The position numbers and the translations under genes are program-made. The notes under the pieces were generated by a model. It was not told where the DNA came from, did not search any database, and was given only the letters and a program-made list of their open reading frames with translations. Shown here in pieces: positions 1 through 10,541 of a stretch of DNA of 55,795 nucleotides (its first letter is position 1; the number at the start of each line of letters is the position of its first letter). The stretch lies in contig JBAXLM010000003.1 in the NCBI GenBank assembly GCA_037134795.1, forward strand, positions 1-55,795, written 5' to 3'. Source of the stretch: Candidatus Omnitrophota bacterium. Its GTDB lineage: Bacteria > Omnitrophota > Gorgyraeia > Gygaellales > Profunditerraquicolaceae.

Positions 1-54
1 ATTTCCCGGGACCTACCTCAATTGCTTTGTGATTCTTTGCAACCCTCTGAAATG

Positions 55-91
55 AAAAGGGAAGCGTTAGTCTTAGGACTATACGCTTCCC
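55..91 (-). terminator. Rho-independent terminator downstream of tRNA-Gln
   Basis: GGGAAGCGT...ACGCTTCCC hairpin followed by TTTT on the minus strand. Confidence 0.6.
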
Positions 92-101
92 GACATCAAA
101 T

Positions 102-176
102 TGGTTGCCCCGCATGGAATCGAACCATGATAGCCAGATCCAGAATCTGAAGTCCTACCGATTAGACGACAGGGCA
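102..176 (-). tRNA. tRNA-Gln(CTG)
   Basis: Cloverleaf; anticodon loop TTCTGGA; T-loop GGTTCGATTCC; U1-A72 pair; encoded CCA. Confidence 0.95.
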
Positions 177-306
177 GATAATTTATGAATTAATTATACT
201 CGATTTTAGAAAACCTGTAAAGCAGCATCTAGATAAAAAGCCGGGATAAACCCGGCTTAATATGAATTACTTAAAAACAATTAACTATTAGTTTATTCCT
301 AAGGCG

Positions 307-492
307 TTACCAGAGCTTATCTTTTATCCACGCGTCGGCCTTTTGGATTGAATTATAATCTTCTTTAGCCCCTTCTTTTACGCCTTCGGCAAACCCGCCA
401 CCAGCACACGTTATCCCTTTGACTAAAGTACAACCGTTAGCTAAAAAAACAACGACAAAAAGGACAACCCACAAGAATGACTTTTTAACCAT
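307..492 (-). CDS. Small lipoprotein (entericidin-like size and layout)
   Basis: ATG at 492 after AGGAGG; hydrophobic signal with lipobox LANG-C; followed by hairpin at ~236-258. Confidence 0.7.
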   Translation of the reverse strand: MVKKSFLWVVLFVVVFLANGCTLVKGITCAGGGFAEGVKEGAKEDYNSIQKADAWIKDKLW

Positions 493-752
493 TATTTCCC
501 TCCTCCTACTTACCACTTGAGTATTTATGGTAATCTTATCATTAATGATACCAAAGTCTACAAATTTATCAAGTCTTTTTAGGAATCGGGGGATTTTCGG
601 GCTTTCAGTAGGAATAAAAAAGGCAAGGGGAAATTTTTTGGCTTTAATTCCTGGGCATTGCCTGCCCGCTGGTAGTTTACCCCTCGCCTTATTCTATATG
701 TATCAATTAACTATAACACATAAACAAGGCGGTTTTCAAGTAGCAAACGGAT

Positions 753-2048
753 TTATTTTTTTACCCATTTAAGCAACCTTGCTTTGCTACGATCTCGTCC
801 AAGATAATAAATGACTTCAAATAACCCTGGGCCAACAGTTTTTCCGGTGAGCGCGACACGTATAGGATGAATCAATTTTTTGGCCTCAATCCCTAATTCA
901 GAAACTAACTTACGGAAGCTATCCTCAATATTAACTACGTCAAAACTAGCTAAATTATCCAACCTCTCAGAAAAAAGTTTAAACTCTTTTGATAAATCGC
1001 AAACTAGATATTTCTCTTTTGCTACCGCGTCAATTACGGGTTCATCGAGAAAAAAGAAATCCGCCCAATCTACAAAATCATTTATCCGGGGTAACCTGGC
1101 CTGAAACAACTTGATTAAAGTTAAAAGATAAGCGCGGTCATAGCTATCTTTATTAATATAATTTCTTTCTGCTAGCAAAGGAATGAGTTCCTCGGCTAAT
1201 TTTTCAGGATCCGCATTTTTAAGGTATTGGTTGTTCATCCAATCCAGCTTCTTTAAATCAAAAGTTGCTGCGGTCTTATTTACGTTCTTTATATCAAATA
1301 ATTTTACTGCCTCAGAGATATTAACTACCTCGCGGTTATCGCCTGGAGCCCAACTAAGCAATAAAAGATAATTAAGCAGCGCTTCGGATAAATAACCCAT
1401 CTTACGATAATCGCTAATAGCCGTAGCCCCCGTTCTTTTAGAAAGCCTGCCTCCATCCACTCCCATAATTAAGGGAAGGTGCGCAAATTCAGGCAAACTA
1501 AATCCCAAAGCGGAATAAAAAAGCATCTGTTTAGGGGTATTGGATATATGGTCATCCCCGCGGATAATATGCGTAATATTCATCTCCGCGTCATCTACTA
1601 CACAGGCAAAATTATAAGTAGGCGTGCCATCAGACTTAATCAATACCTGGTCCTTAATTAAGCTCGCGTCAAACTCAATTTTCCCGCGAATTAAATCATT
1701 TACGCTTATTTTCTGAGGATTCACTTTAAAAATTATCGCTTCTTTTCCCTCAGGAGATTTTTCGATATAGGCTAGCCCTTGCTTAAGCAGCTTTTCCGCG
1801 TGCATACGGTACCTCTCAAAACGCTCGCTTTGATAATACAATTCATCCCAATTAAAACCTAACCATTTAAGGCTAAAAAGTATTTCATCTACAAATTCTT
1901 TTTTAGAGCGCTCTTTATCCGTATCTTCAATTCTTAAAACAAACTTGCCCTTTTGTGACTGCGCGAAAAGCCAGTTAAACAACGCGGTACGCCCTCCTCC
2001 AATATGTAAATTTCCCGTCGGACTAGGCGCAAATCTTACTCTAACCAT
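753..2048 (-). CDS. gltX: Glutamate--tRNA ligase
   Basis: RFAPSPTG-LHIGG (HIGH) and LSKR (KMSKS-equivalent) motifs. Confidence 0.97.
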   Translation of the reverse strand: MVRVRFAPSPTGNLHIGGGRTALFNWLFAQSQKGKFVLRIEDTDKERSKKEFVDEILFSLKWLGFNWDELYYQSERFERYRMHAEKLLKQGLAYIEKSPEGKEAIIFKVNPQKISVNDLIRGKIEFDASLIKDQVLIKSDGTPTYNFACVVDDAEMNITHIIRGDDHISNTPKQMLFYSALGFSLPEFAHLPLIMGVDGGRLSKRTGATAISDYRKMGYLSEALLNYLLLLSWAPGDNREVVNISEAVKLFDIKNVNKTAATFDLKKLDWMNNQYLKNADPEKLAEELIPLLAERNYINKDSYDRAYLLTLIKLFQARLPRINDFVDWADFFFLDEPVIDAVAKEKYLVCDLSKEFKLFSERLDNLASFDVVNIEDSFRKLVSELGIEAKKLIHPIRVALTGKTVGPGLFEVIYYLGRDRSKARLLKWVKK

Positions 2049-2577
2049 TTGCTAACTTTTCTCCGCTTCTTAAAGCCTTTTCATTAATCTCTAAAATGTT
2101 CGTTTTCCCAGCAGGAGCCATAAACTTAAACACTTCAAGCATCAAATCAAGCTTTATAGTTTTCTTCATAAATAGATAACATCCCAACGCCACCATATTC
2201 GCTACTTTTATATTACCTAGCTTTATAGCAATATCAGAAAAAGGGAACTGCAATATATCTACTCTTTTGTTTATGCCGGCCTTAGCTAAAGAAGAATTTA
2301 GAATTAACAATCCGTGATCTTTTACCCTATCCCCAAATCTTTCAAATGAAGGATTATTCAGAATAATAACCGTATCCGCCTTATCGATATAAGGTGAACC
2401 AATTTCGGAGTCAGAGATAGTGACCATGCAATGGCTAGTCCCCCCGCGCACCTCTGGGCCATAAGCAGGAAACCAGGTAACAAACTTACCCAGACGCATA
2501 GCGGCTTCGGCTAAAACCTTACCTAGCAACATTACTCCCTGGCCGCCGCTTCCGGCGATAATTATGCGCTCGATCAT
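2041..2577 (-). CDS. 2-oxoacid:ferredoxin oxidoreductase gamma subunit
   Basis: AGSGGQG and YGPEVRGG motifs; operon context. Confidence 0.92.
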   Translation of the reverse strand: MIERIIIAGSGGQGVMLLGKVLAEAAMRLGKFVTWFPAYGPEVRGGTSHCMVTISDSEIGSPYIDKADTVIILNNPSFERFGDRVKDHGLLILNSSLAKAGINKRVDILQFPFSDIAIKLGNIKVANMVALGCYLFMKKTIKLDLMLEVFKFMAPAGKTNILEINEKALRSGEKLANG

Positions 2578-3302
2578 TTAATCCTTCCTAAAGGAAATTC
2601 TTTTTGCATTACATCCCTAATCCAATCCAGGGATTCTTTGGGGCTTAACCCCCAATAAGTCGGACAAGAAGATAAAATTTCTACCAGAGAAAAACCCAAA
2701 TTATTAATTTGGTTTCCAAATGCCTGTTTTATAGCTTGTTTAGTTTTTAATACCTCTTGCGGGTTATGCATTGATACCCGCTGGATAAAACAGACACCAG
2801 GTAGCAGCGCTAGCATCTCAGAAATTTTTAAAGGATAACCATGTTTTTCTTTTTCTCTGCCTTCGATAGAAGTAGAAGTCTTCTGGCCTAAAAGCGTAGT
2901 AGGAGCCATCTGGCCCCCGGTCATTCCATAAACTGCATTGTTAATAAAGATTACCGTTAGATTCTCTCCGCGATTTGCCGCATGAATAGTTTCATTCGTG
3001 CCGATAGCCGCGAGATCCCCATCTCCCTGATAAGTAAAAACAATATTTTGCGGATGCACTCTTTTTATAGCGGTGGCAACAGCCAATGCCCTGCCATGCG
3101 CTGCCTCTGAACAATCAAAATTCCAATAATCATAAGCAACTACAGCACAACCTACTGGAGCTACACCAATAACCTTCTCTCTTATGCCTAACTCATCAAC
3201 TACTTCAGCAATCAAGCGATGCACAATCCCATGTCCACAACCCGGACAATAGTGCGTAGGTAAATCATACAGCGCTTCCGGACGCTTAAATATTTTTTCC
3301 AT
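2574..3302 (-). CDS. 2-oxoacid:ferredoxin oxidoreductase beta subunit (TPP-binding)
   Basis: [12 protein letters not shown]...NN, YGMTGGQ motifs. Confidence 0.93.
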   Translation of the reverse strand: MEKIFKRPEALYDLPTHYCPGCGHGIVHRLIAEVVDELGIREKVIGVAPVGCAVVAYDYWNFDCSEAAHGRALAVATAIKRVHPQNIVFTYQGDGDLAAIGTNETIHAANRGENLTVIFINNAVYGMTGGQMAPTTLLGQKTSTSIEGREKEKHGYPLKISEMLALLPGVCFIQRVSMHNPQEVLKTKQAIKQAFGNQINNLGFSLVEILSSCPTYWGLSPKESLDWIRDVMQKEFPLGRIK

Positions 3303-4351
3303 TATAGTATTTTATTAATTCTGTTAATAATCTCTTTCACGCCAGGCACGCCGCCGCCTGAGCGGCCCAGAAACTCTATTTCCTGCCTGCCGTTAACTGC
3401 TAACTTTACATCTTCAAGCATCTGGCCGTAGGACATTTCAACTACCAGGTATTTTCTTTTTTTATTTCCAAATTTAAAAGCTGCTTCGGGAAACGGCCAA
3501 AGAGTAACTGGCCGGATCAGTCCTATTTTCTTGCCCGACGGCCTTAATTGGTTAATTACGCTTTTGACAATACGCGCCATTGTGCCATAGGCCACAATAA
3601 CAACTTTAGCATCATCCAAAAATAAACCCTCAAAAAGAGCTTCTTTCTTTTTAATCATTTCATACTGTTTCTGTAATCTAAGGTTAGCTTCTTCTAAAGC
3701 ACCTTCGCGTAAGAAAAATGATTTAACAATATTCGGCTTTCTTTCAACGCATCCGCAAAGCGCCCAAGGTTTTGCTATAGTAGCCTTAATTTTTGCGCTT
3801 GATAATTGCACCGGTTCCATCATCTGGCCTAGGATCCCATCACCTAAAATCATTACTGGGATACGATACTTATCCGCTAAATCAAAACTTGTTTGCGTCA
3901 GATCATACGCCTCCTGTACAGAACCGGGAGCCAAGACTATCAGATGATAATCACCGTGGCCTCCGCCACGGGTAGCCTGAAAATAATCTGATTGCGCAGG
4001 AGCGATATTGCCTAAACCAGGGCCACCGCGCATAATATTAACAATTACCGCCGGAAGTTGTGCTCCGGCAATATAAGATATCCCCTCCTGCTTTAAGCTT
4101 ATTCCCGGGCTTGACGATGAAGTCATTGACCTTGCCCCTGCCGCGGAAGCGCCATAAACCATACTGATCGCTGCTAACTCTGATTCTGCCTGAATAAACA
4201 CACCATTGACTTTAGGCATATATTTAGCCATATAAGCAATGAGTTCATTTTGCGGAGTAATGGGATAACCCGCGTAAAAAGAGCACCCTGCCTGAAGCGC
4301 GCCTTGCGCAATAGCCTCATTCCCGCTCATTAATATTTTATTTTTAGCCAT
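3302..4351 (-). CDS. 2-oxoacid:ferredoxin oxidoreductase alpha subunit (VorB-like)
   Basis: [30 protein letters not shown] motifs. Confidence 0.93.
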   Translation of the reverse strand: MAKNKILMSGNEAIAQGALQAGCSFYAGYPITPQNELIAYMAKYMPKVNGVFIQAESELAAISMVYGASAAGARSMTSSSSPGISLKQEGISYIAGAQLPAVIVNIMRGGPGLGNIAPAQSDYFQATRGGGHGDYHLIVLAPGSVQEAYDLTQTSFDLADKYRIPVMILGDGILGQMMEPVQLSSAKIKATIAKPWALCGCVERKPNIVKSFFLREGALEEANLRLQKQYEMIKKKEALFEGLFLDDAKVVIVAYGTMARIVKSVINQLRPSGKKIGLIRPVTLWPFPEAAFKFGNKKRKYLVVEMSYGQMLEDVKLAVNGRQEIEFLGRSGGGVPGVKEIINRINKIL

Positions 4352-4357
4352 AATTTT

Positions 4358-4459
4358 AACTCAAAAGTAAAAACTCAAAAGTTAAAACCACAATTTAAAA
4401 GTTAAAACTTTTTAATTCTGACTTGTGGTTTTGCCTTTTTACTTTTAACTTTTAACTTT
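4358..4459. repeat. Heptamer-built palindromic element (family H), intergenic copy
   Basis: A-rich arm of ~7-bp units (TCAAAAG/TTAAAAC) with AAAACCACAA core; T-rich mirror arm with TTGTGGTTTT. Confidence 0.85.
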
Positions 4460-4661
4460 ACTTATACACCTCAATACAACAATCCGGGCAAATCACTGCG
4501 CATTGCATACAACCAATACAATCAGAGTTTGAATCAAACTCTACAAAATTCAATCCTCTTTTATTTAAAGTTGAGCTTTTCTTAATCAAACCCTTGGGAC
4601 AAAAACTTACACAAAGAAGGCAACCTTTGCATTTATCAGAATTAATTATAATTTTAGCCAT
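4458..4661 (-). CDS. 2x[4Fe-4S] ferredoxin, oxidoreductase delta subunit
   Basis: Two CxxCxxCxxxCP motifs. Confidence 0.93.
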   Translation of the reverse strand: MAKIIINSDKCKGCLLCVSFCPKGLIKKSSTLNKRGLNFVEFDSNSDCIGCMQCAVICPDCCIEVYK

Positions 4662-6519
4662 TTCCCTTTAAAACCTTTCGTATACTTGCTGCAACTCCCT
4701 GCGCAGTTAATCCATATTTCTCTAAAAGTAAATCTCTTGCACCATGCGGAATAAATTCAGCTGGCAAGCCAATGCGCAAGACCTGTTTATCAAGCTCTTG
4801 AGCAATAGCAGTGCCAAAACCAGCATCCACAACTCCTTCTTCCAAGGTAAAAACAAAATTTGTTTTTGCGCAAACACTTTTAATTAAATCCATATCCAAT
4901 GGATACACAAATCTAGCATTAATTAGGCCACCCGAAAGATTCTCTTTACTTAATATGTCAATAGCTTCGCTAGCTACCGAAACCATAGTTCCTAAGGCTA
5001 TAATAGTAAAATCTCTAGCCTCTTTAATTAATTCAGCTTTACCTAATTTTAAAGGCGCACATGTATTCTCAGAAACAATGGCGCTGGCACGCGGGTATCT
5101 TATAGCTACTGGTTTGCCTAACCCCACAGCAAACTCTAACATTTTCTCTAATTCGCCTGCGTCTTTAGGCGCCATAATCACTAGGTTTGGAATACTCCTT
5201 AGATAAGCAATATCAAATATCCCCTGATGCGTAACACCATCTTCTCCTACAATTCCTGCCCGGTCAACAGCAAATATTACCGGCAGCCCTTGTAAAGAAA
5301 CCTCTTGGATAATCTGATCGTATGCGCGCTGTAAAAATGTCGAGTAAATCGCCACCACCGGCTTTAAACCTTGCTTAGCAAGCCCGGCGGCAAAACAAAC
5401 AGCATGCGGCTCGGCAATGCCGCAATCAAAAAATCTTTCTGGAAAAATATCACGGAACTTATCTAAACCTGTTCCCTCCGGCATAGCCGCGGTTATGGCA
5501 ACAATACGTTTATCCATTGCGCCCAGTTTTGCTAACTTTATACCAAAAATTTCAGTAAAACTTTTCTCCTCAGTTTGATCTTTCTTAACTAAAACCTCAC
5601 CTGTATTGATATCAAAACAGCTGATCCCATGAAATCTTACCGGATCCTTTTCAGCAAACGAACATCCTTTTCCTTTTTTAGTAACTACATGTAAAAGTCG
5701 CGGCCCCTTAATACTCATAATATTTTTTAGTGTAGTCGTTAATATGCCTAAATCATGGCCATCAATAGGCCCAAAATAGCGAAATCCCAACTCTTCAAAA
5801 AGTACCCCAGGAACAAAAAGCCCTTTTAAACCTTCTTCGAATTTACTCATAAGTTTTATCAAACGGCTTCCCCGAGGTACTCGAGATTTTAGAAAATTCT
5901 CCACGTTATCATGAAAACGATTATATACTGGCAAAGAAATAATTTTATTCAAATAATTGCTAATTGCTCCGACATTAGGGGCAATACTTAGTTCATTAGT
6001 ATTTAAAACCACTAATATATCTTTTTTTAAGTGGCCGGTATTATTCAATCCCTCAAAACAAAGGCCGCCACTTAAGGAACCATCACCGATAACACAAACA
6101 ACTCGAAACTTTCCTTCTTCAGGCATTAAATCCCTGGCGCAAGCTAACCCTAAACCCAAAGAAACTGCATTCGAACTATGCCCGGTAGTAAATGGATCAT
6201 AATCTGACTCATCTTTGGAAGGAAACCCGCTTAATCCCTGATATTGCCTAAGTGTAGAAAATTTAGTATTACGGCCGGTTAATAACTTGTGCGCGTATGC
6301 CTGGTGCCCCACATCAAAAATAATCTTATCTCTAGGGGTATCTAAACAATAGTGCAAAGCAACGATTAATTCTACCGCTCCAAGGCTTGAAGCAAGATGC
6401 CCGCCGGTTTGCGAAACTACCTCGATTAATCTTTGCCTGATCTCCTTAGATAAACAATTAAGCTGCTCTAAACTTAATTGTTTTATATCTCGAGGAGAAT
6501 TTATTTTCTCTAATAACAT
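4654..6519 (-). CDS. dxs: 1-deoxy-D-xylulose-5-phosphate synthase
   Basis: GGHLASSLG, DVGHQAY, GDGSLSGG, DRAG.VGEDG.THQG motifs. Confidence 0.97.
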   Translation of the reverse strand: MLLEKINSPRDIKQLSLEQLNCLSKEIRQRLIEVVSQTGGHLASSLGAVELIVALHYCLDTPRDKIIFDVGHQAYAHKLLTGRNTKFSTLRQYQGLSGFPSKDESDYDPFTTGHSSNAVSLGLGLACARDLMPEEGKFRVVCVIGDGSLSGGLCFEGLNNTGHLKKDILVVLNTNELSIAPNVGAISNYLNKIISLPVYNRFHDNVENFLKSRVPRGSRLIKLMSKFEEGLKGLFVPGVLFEELGFRYFGPIDGHDLGILTTTLKNIMSIKGPRLLHVVTKKGKGCSFAEKDPVRFHGISCFDINTGEVLVKKDQTEEKSFTEIFGIKLAKLGAMDKRIVAITAAMPEGTGLDKFRDIFPERFFDCGIAEPHAVCFAAGLAKQGLKPVVAIYSTFLQRAYDQIIQEVSLQGLPVIFAVDRAGIVGEDGVTHQGIFDIAYLRSIPNLVIMAPKDAGELEKMLEFAVGLGKPVAIRYPRASAIVSENTCAPLKLGKAELIKEARDFTIIALGTMVSVASEAIDILSKENLSGGLINARFVYPLDMDLIKSVCAKTNFVFTLEEGVVDAGFGTAIAQELDKQVLRIGLPAEFIPHGARDLLLEKYGLTAQGVAASIRKVLKGNG

Positions 6520-6520
6520 A

Positions 6521-6763
6521 TTATTTTTCTTCTATCCCTGTATCATCAAATTTATCCAAACTGAATTTACCGTCTTTTTTCATGAGTAATTCTACTTTAC
6601 GCTGTGCCCCGGCTAATGTTTGGGAACAAGACTGTGCTAATCGCACCCCCTCTTCGTATTTCTTCAGTGATTCACCCAACGTAATCTTACCACTAGAAAG
6701 CTCTTCAACAATCTTCTGCAGTTTCTTTAAATCTTCCTCAAATATCGGTTTTTCTTTCGTCAT
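6521..6763 (-). CDS. xseB: Exodeoxyribonuclease VII small subunit
   Basis: FEE.L..L..IV..L.SG...L.ESL..YEEG pattern; follows xseA. Confidence 0.93.
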   Translation of the reverse strand: MTKEKPIFEEDLKKLQKIVEELSSGKITLGESLKKYEEGVRLAQSCSQTLAGAQRKVELLMKKDGKFSLDKFDDTGIEEK

Positions 6764-7961
6764 TAATTACCTCCTGGACTAAACTGATAAATGCGCCTTT
6801 ATGTAAAATTGTTTTTAGTTTATCTCCCGGTTTAACCTGAGCGGTATCTTTAACAATCGCGCCTTGGGCCATAAGCATGCTTAAACTATAACCGCGCGAT
6901 AATATAGCTAACGGACTTAATGACTCCAACCTTTGGATTAGAGAACTGCTCCGCTCGCTTGCTAATTCAAAAGTATGCCGCATATTATAATTTAACCCGG
7001 AAAAAAGTTCATCCAAGAACTGTTGTTTTTCCAAAAGGCGATCTGCCGGACTTTTCAGCATATGCGTAAGTCCGGTAAGCCTGTTTTTTAATTCGTTGAC
7101 GGTATTAGTTGCCGCAAACTCTAATCCATGCTTTAAACTATCAAGTTGCGCAAGTAAACTATTTTTCTTATCTACAATAATCTTAGCTGCCGCAGATGGC
7201 GTCTCTACAAAAATATCTGCAACTAAATCCGATAAAGTGGTGTTAATCTGATGCCCCACTGCTGAAACAACCGGAAGCCTGGAATTGTAAATTGCGCGGG
7301 CGACACTCTCTTCATTAAAACTCCAAAGGTCCTCTGCGCTGCCACCGCCGCGGCTGACAATAATCAAATCTATTCCACCAAAAGAATTAAACTCCTCTAC
7401 TGCTTGCGCAATCTCATTAGCCGCATGTTCTCCTTGCACGCGTACAGAGCGGATAACTACATCTACGCATGAGGCGCCTTTTTTAAGAATTTGCAAAATA
7501 TCGCGCACAGCTGCGCCCTTACTGGATGTAACAAGGCCGACAGAAAAAGGCATTAATGGCAGCGTTTTTTTATGACTTAAATCGAATAAACCTTCCTGCT
7601 CTAATTTTTTCTTTAACTGCTCGAATGCCAACTGCTGCGCGCCGACGCCTTTAGGCTCGACTCGCTCAACAATAACTTGATATTTCCCATGAGGCCCATA
7701 AACATTAATTTTCCCAAAACAAATAACCTTAAGGCCGCTTTCAAGTTTAAACTTTAATCCCTTATTCGCATAAGCAAACATTGCCCCACTGATAATCGCA
7801 TTTTGATCTTTAAGTGAAAAATAAAAATGCCCGTTAGGGCCTACGCTAAAATTGGATATTTCTCCTTCGATCCAAACTTCTCCTACTTTCTCCTCAAGTA
7901 CACCCTTAATCACCTGGGTGATTTCGGAAACAGTATAAATATGTTTATGGTTTTTCTGCAT
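6738..7961 (-). CDS. xseA: Exodeoxyribonuclease VII large subunit
   Basis: VWIEGEISN, GHFYFSLKD, RGGGSAEDLWSFN, SAVGH, TPSAAA. Confidence 0.96.
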   Translation of the reverse strand: MQKNHKHIYTVSEITQVIKGVLEEKVGEVWIEGEISNFSVGPNGHFYFSLKDQNAIISGAMFAYANKGLKFKLESGLKVICFGKINVYGPHGKYQVIVERVEPKGVGAQQLAFEQLKKKLEQEGLFDLSHKKTLPLMPFSVGLVTSSKGAAVRDILQILKKGASCVDVVIRSVRVQGEHAANEIAQAVEEFNSFGGIDLIIVSRGGGSAEDLWSFNEESVARAIYNSRLPVVSAVGHQINTTLSDLVADIFVETPSAAAKIIVDKKNSLLAQLDSLKHGLEFAATNTVNELKNRLTGLTHMLKSPADRLLEKQQFLDELFSGLNYNMRHTFELASERSSSLIQRLESLSPLAILSRGYSLSMLMAQGAIVKDTAQVKPGDKLKTILHKGAFISLVQEVINDERKTDI

Positions 7962-9759
7962 CTTTCACCACTTCTTTAACAGTATCCGGATTTACTTCAA
8001 CTACCTCAACTACCGGCTCCGGAGGCTTTTTCTTAAAAACTAACAACTGCACTGAATAAGGGCTTAACTCTAATGTCGCTAGATAACCTTGATTAAGATC
8101 AACTTCCTTTTGCTCACCTGCACTAAATTCGCAATCACGGCTACATTTACTATCTACCGTATATTGGCTTAACATGTATAAATCTTTTGTCCCTTTAAAA
8201 GAAATTTTTATTTTACGATTTTCGGCAGAGAATTTCTTGGATAAATTATTTAACTCGACTGCCTGGCTAAACATATTTTTTACTTTAGGCGTCAGGCGCA
8301 AAGTTAATAAACTTAACTCTCCGGAAAGAATTTTTTCTATGCGGTCAGATTTAATAATATCAAGAACTGACTTTTTCTCAGCGCTATTTAAATAAACTAT
8401 ATTGCGTGATAGATAGTTCAAGGCCACTTGCGGATCAATATAATTATAAATAAGCACAGCTAAATAATCCGCAGACTTTGTAGTAATTAGGCCTACAAAA
8501 TCATCCCCTGAAGGACTCGGTAATAGTTCATTTCCCAAAAGATTGAGCATGCGCAAGGTGTTATAACTTGCCTTAGCATGCCCTTTAGAATCAATACGCT
8601 CAACGCTAAACCCAAAAATACCCAGATTCCTATTTACCCCTTCCTTGTTATCTGCAAAATCCTCGAGTGAGAAATAAGTTTGGTAATCTACGCCAGCTTC
8701 ATACATATTCTTCAAGTGCGCAGGTATAAAACTTGCTGTTACAGAAGAATCCTTGCCTCTTTCTGATAAAATATTTGCCGGCCCATCAAAATTCCATTCA
8801 TCGATAACTAACGGCAAAGAACTAGAAAAATTAAAATATTTTAACCACTCGCGAATAAGTTTAATAAAAGATTTTTGATAAATAGTTTCCTGCTTTTCAA
8901 GTTTAGGATCGGATGAATAAGCATGCCAAGATATAAAATCAAGAGGCAACCGATAGCTATAGCAATATTTTATCAATTCATAAATTAAACTACGCTCCGG
9001 ATATAAAATATTATTGGCTTCAATATTTGCAAACCAGGAACTTACTGAAGGGCCGCCTAAGGGGATATGTATCTTAGCCTCAAGGCGCAATTCTTTTACT
9101 GCTTCGCCAACAATACGATAAAGATTAAGATACTCTGACCTTTCCCCTAAAAAGAAATCTTCCAGGTCTGGAGCATTCCAAACCTCATACCAAATATTAT
9201 ATTTCTTATTACAGCTTAGCTTACGAATCGTATTTTTAACCAGTTCTTTATATGCCTTTAGATTATGCGGAGGGCTATTTTTATCAAGCACTCTTCCTAA
9301 ACCTGAAGGCGTACCAAATAAATTAAGAATAACTGTTCCACCGCTATCGCTGATTTTTTTTATAATTGTTTCGTAGTTATCTATTAGGCTGGCTTGCGCG
9401 GCCTTATCATGGGCTAATTGTTCAATCTCCCAAAGATTATATTGTATGCGGTAAAATCCAGCAAAACCTAAATCCGCTTGCAATTTCTCTAAGGCATCTT
9501 TAGCAGCTAATGTTTGTGGCCAAGTTATATCGCGGTGCGCACCCCTACCACTTAAATCTATATTGGGTTTATATATTTTAGGGGTGGGTACTGTGGGGGA
9601 ATTAAGATCTATATTAAATTCCAAATCATCGCTAGTTTGAGCAAAACAATTTAACGCAAAATTTAAAATGCAAAACGCAAAACCACAAGCCAAAATGTAA
9701 AATTTAAACTTTTTAGTTGTAGTTTTTAATTTTGACTTTTGACTTTTGACTTTATTCAT
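7945..9759 (-). CDS. Secreted glycoside hydrolase family 39-like protein (acid/base Glu replaced by Ala)
   Basis: EVWNAPD (cf. EVWNEP), GGPS, LDFISWHAY, IDEWN; signal peptide ending NCFA. Confidence 0.75.
   Translation of the reverse strand: MNKVKSQKSKLKTTTKKFKFYILACGFAFCILNFALNCFAQTSDDLEFNIDLNSPTVPTPKIYKPNIDLSGRGAHRDITWPQTLAAKDALEKLQADLGFAGFYRIQYNLWEIEQLAHDKAAQASLIDNYETIIKKISDSGGTVILNLFGTPSGLGRVLDKNSPPHNLKAYKELVKNTIRKLSCNKKYNIWYEVWNAPDLEDFFLGERSEYLNLYRIVGEAVKELRLEAKIHIPLGGPSVSSWFANIEANNILYPERSLIYELIKYCYSYRLPLDFISWHAYSSDPKLEKQETIYQKSFIKLIREWLKYFNFSSSLPLVIDEWNFDGPANILSERGKDSSVTASFIPAHLKNMYEAGVDYQTYFSLEDFADNKEGVNRNLGIFGFSVERIDSKGHAKASYNTLRMLNLLGNELLPSPSGDDFVGLITTKSADYLAVLIYNYIDPQVALNYLSRNIVYLNSAEKKSVLDIIKSDRIEKILSGELSLLTLRLTPKVKNMFSQAVELNNLSKKFSAENRKIKISFKGTKDLYMLSQYTVDSKCSRDCEFSAGEQKEVDLNQGYLATLELSPYSVQLLVFKKKPPEPVVEVVEVNPDTVKEVVKDAEKP
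9655..9753 (-). repeat. Family H element encoding the GH39 signal peptide
   Basis: Minus strand aligns with the intergenic copy at 44936-45040 (AAAACTACAACT...CTTGTGGTTTT...TTTTGCATTTT). Confidence 0.8.
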
Positions 9760-10540
9760 CTAAAAGTTTTTTCTGTATTCTTAAAATCGAACACGCCCTA
9801 CCCGTATTTTCATCTACTTCAATAAGAACACCATGCAACTGTATATTTTCTTCGGCAACATTAAATTTTATCGGGATAGCACTTAAAAAACGCGTCAATA
9901 CATCCTCTACTCTTCTGCCAATTACAGAATCATACGGGCCGGTCATACCTACATCTGTTATATAAGCCGTGCCTTTCGGAAGAATTTTCTCATCAGCAGT
10001 TTGGATATGAGTGTGCGTGCCACAAAGAGCAGAAACTTTACCGTCTAGATACCAACCTAAAGCAACTTTTTCTGAAGTAGCCTCTGCATGGATATCCACA
10101 ATGATAATTTTAGTTTCTTTAATCAACTCTTCAGCAGCCTTAAGCGTAGCCCTAAAAGGGCACTCCAGGGCATCCATAAAAACCCGGCCATTAACATTAA
10201 TTACCCCGACCTTAATCCCTTTTTTAGATTTAAACACTGCCGCCCCGCGTCCAGGAGCGCCACTAGGAAAATTTAATGGCCGCAAGATCCTTTCCTCGCT
10301 ATTAATCAGTTCAAAAATTTCGCTTTTTTTCCAAATATGGTCCCCAGAAGTAATCACATCTAAGCCGGAACCAAATAGTTCCTCAGAAACCCTGGAAGTA
10401 ATTCCTGAACCACCGGATGCATTCTCGGCGTTAGCGATCGCAAAATCTATTTTATATTCCTCTTTTAGCAAAGGAAGTAATTTTGCAATCGCTTTTCTTC
10501 CTGGCGCGCCAACTATATCCCCGATAAAAAGTATCTTCAT
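9752..10540 (-). CDS. ymdB: YmdB-family metallophosphoesterase
   Basis: GDIVG, NAENASGG, HAEATSEK, GTHTH, DVGMTG; adjacent to rny. Confidence 0.93.
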   Translation of the reverse strand: MKILFIGDIVGAPGRKAIAKLLPLLKEEYKIDFAIANAENASGGSGITSRVSEELFGSGLDVITSGDHIWKKSEIFELINSEERILRPLNFPSGAPGRGAAVFKSKKGIKVGVINVNGRVFMDALECPFRATLKAAEELIKETKIIIVDIHAEATSEKVALGWYLDGKVSALCGTHTHIQTADEKILPKGTAYITDVGMTGPYDSVIGRRVEDVLTRFLSAIPIKFNVAEENIQLHGVLIEVDENTGRACSILRIQKKLLDE

Positions 10541-10541
10541 A

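Noticed and set aside
1-101. Possible integrated element at the tRNA-Gln 3' end
   Set aside because: Only a terminator hairpin is visible; no integrase or duplicated tRNA end within the window, so it cannot be assessed.
527-772. 81-aa plus-strand ORF
   Set aside because: It crosses promoters and a hairpin of minus-strand units, lacks motifs, and opposes the otherwise complete strand bias.
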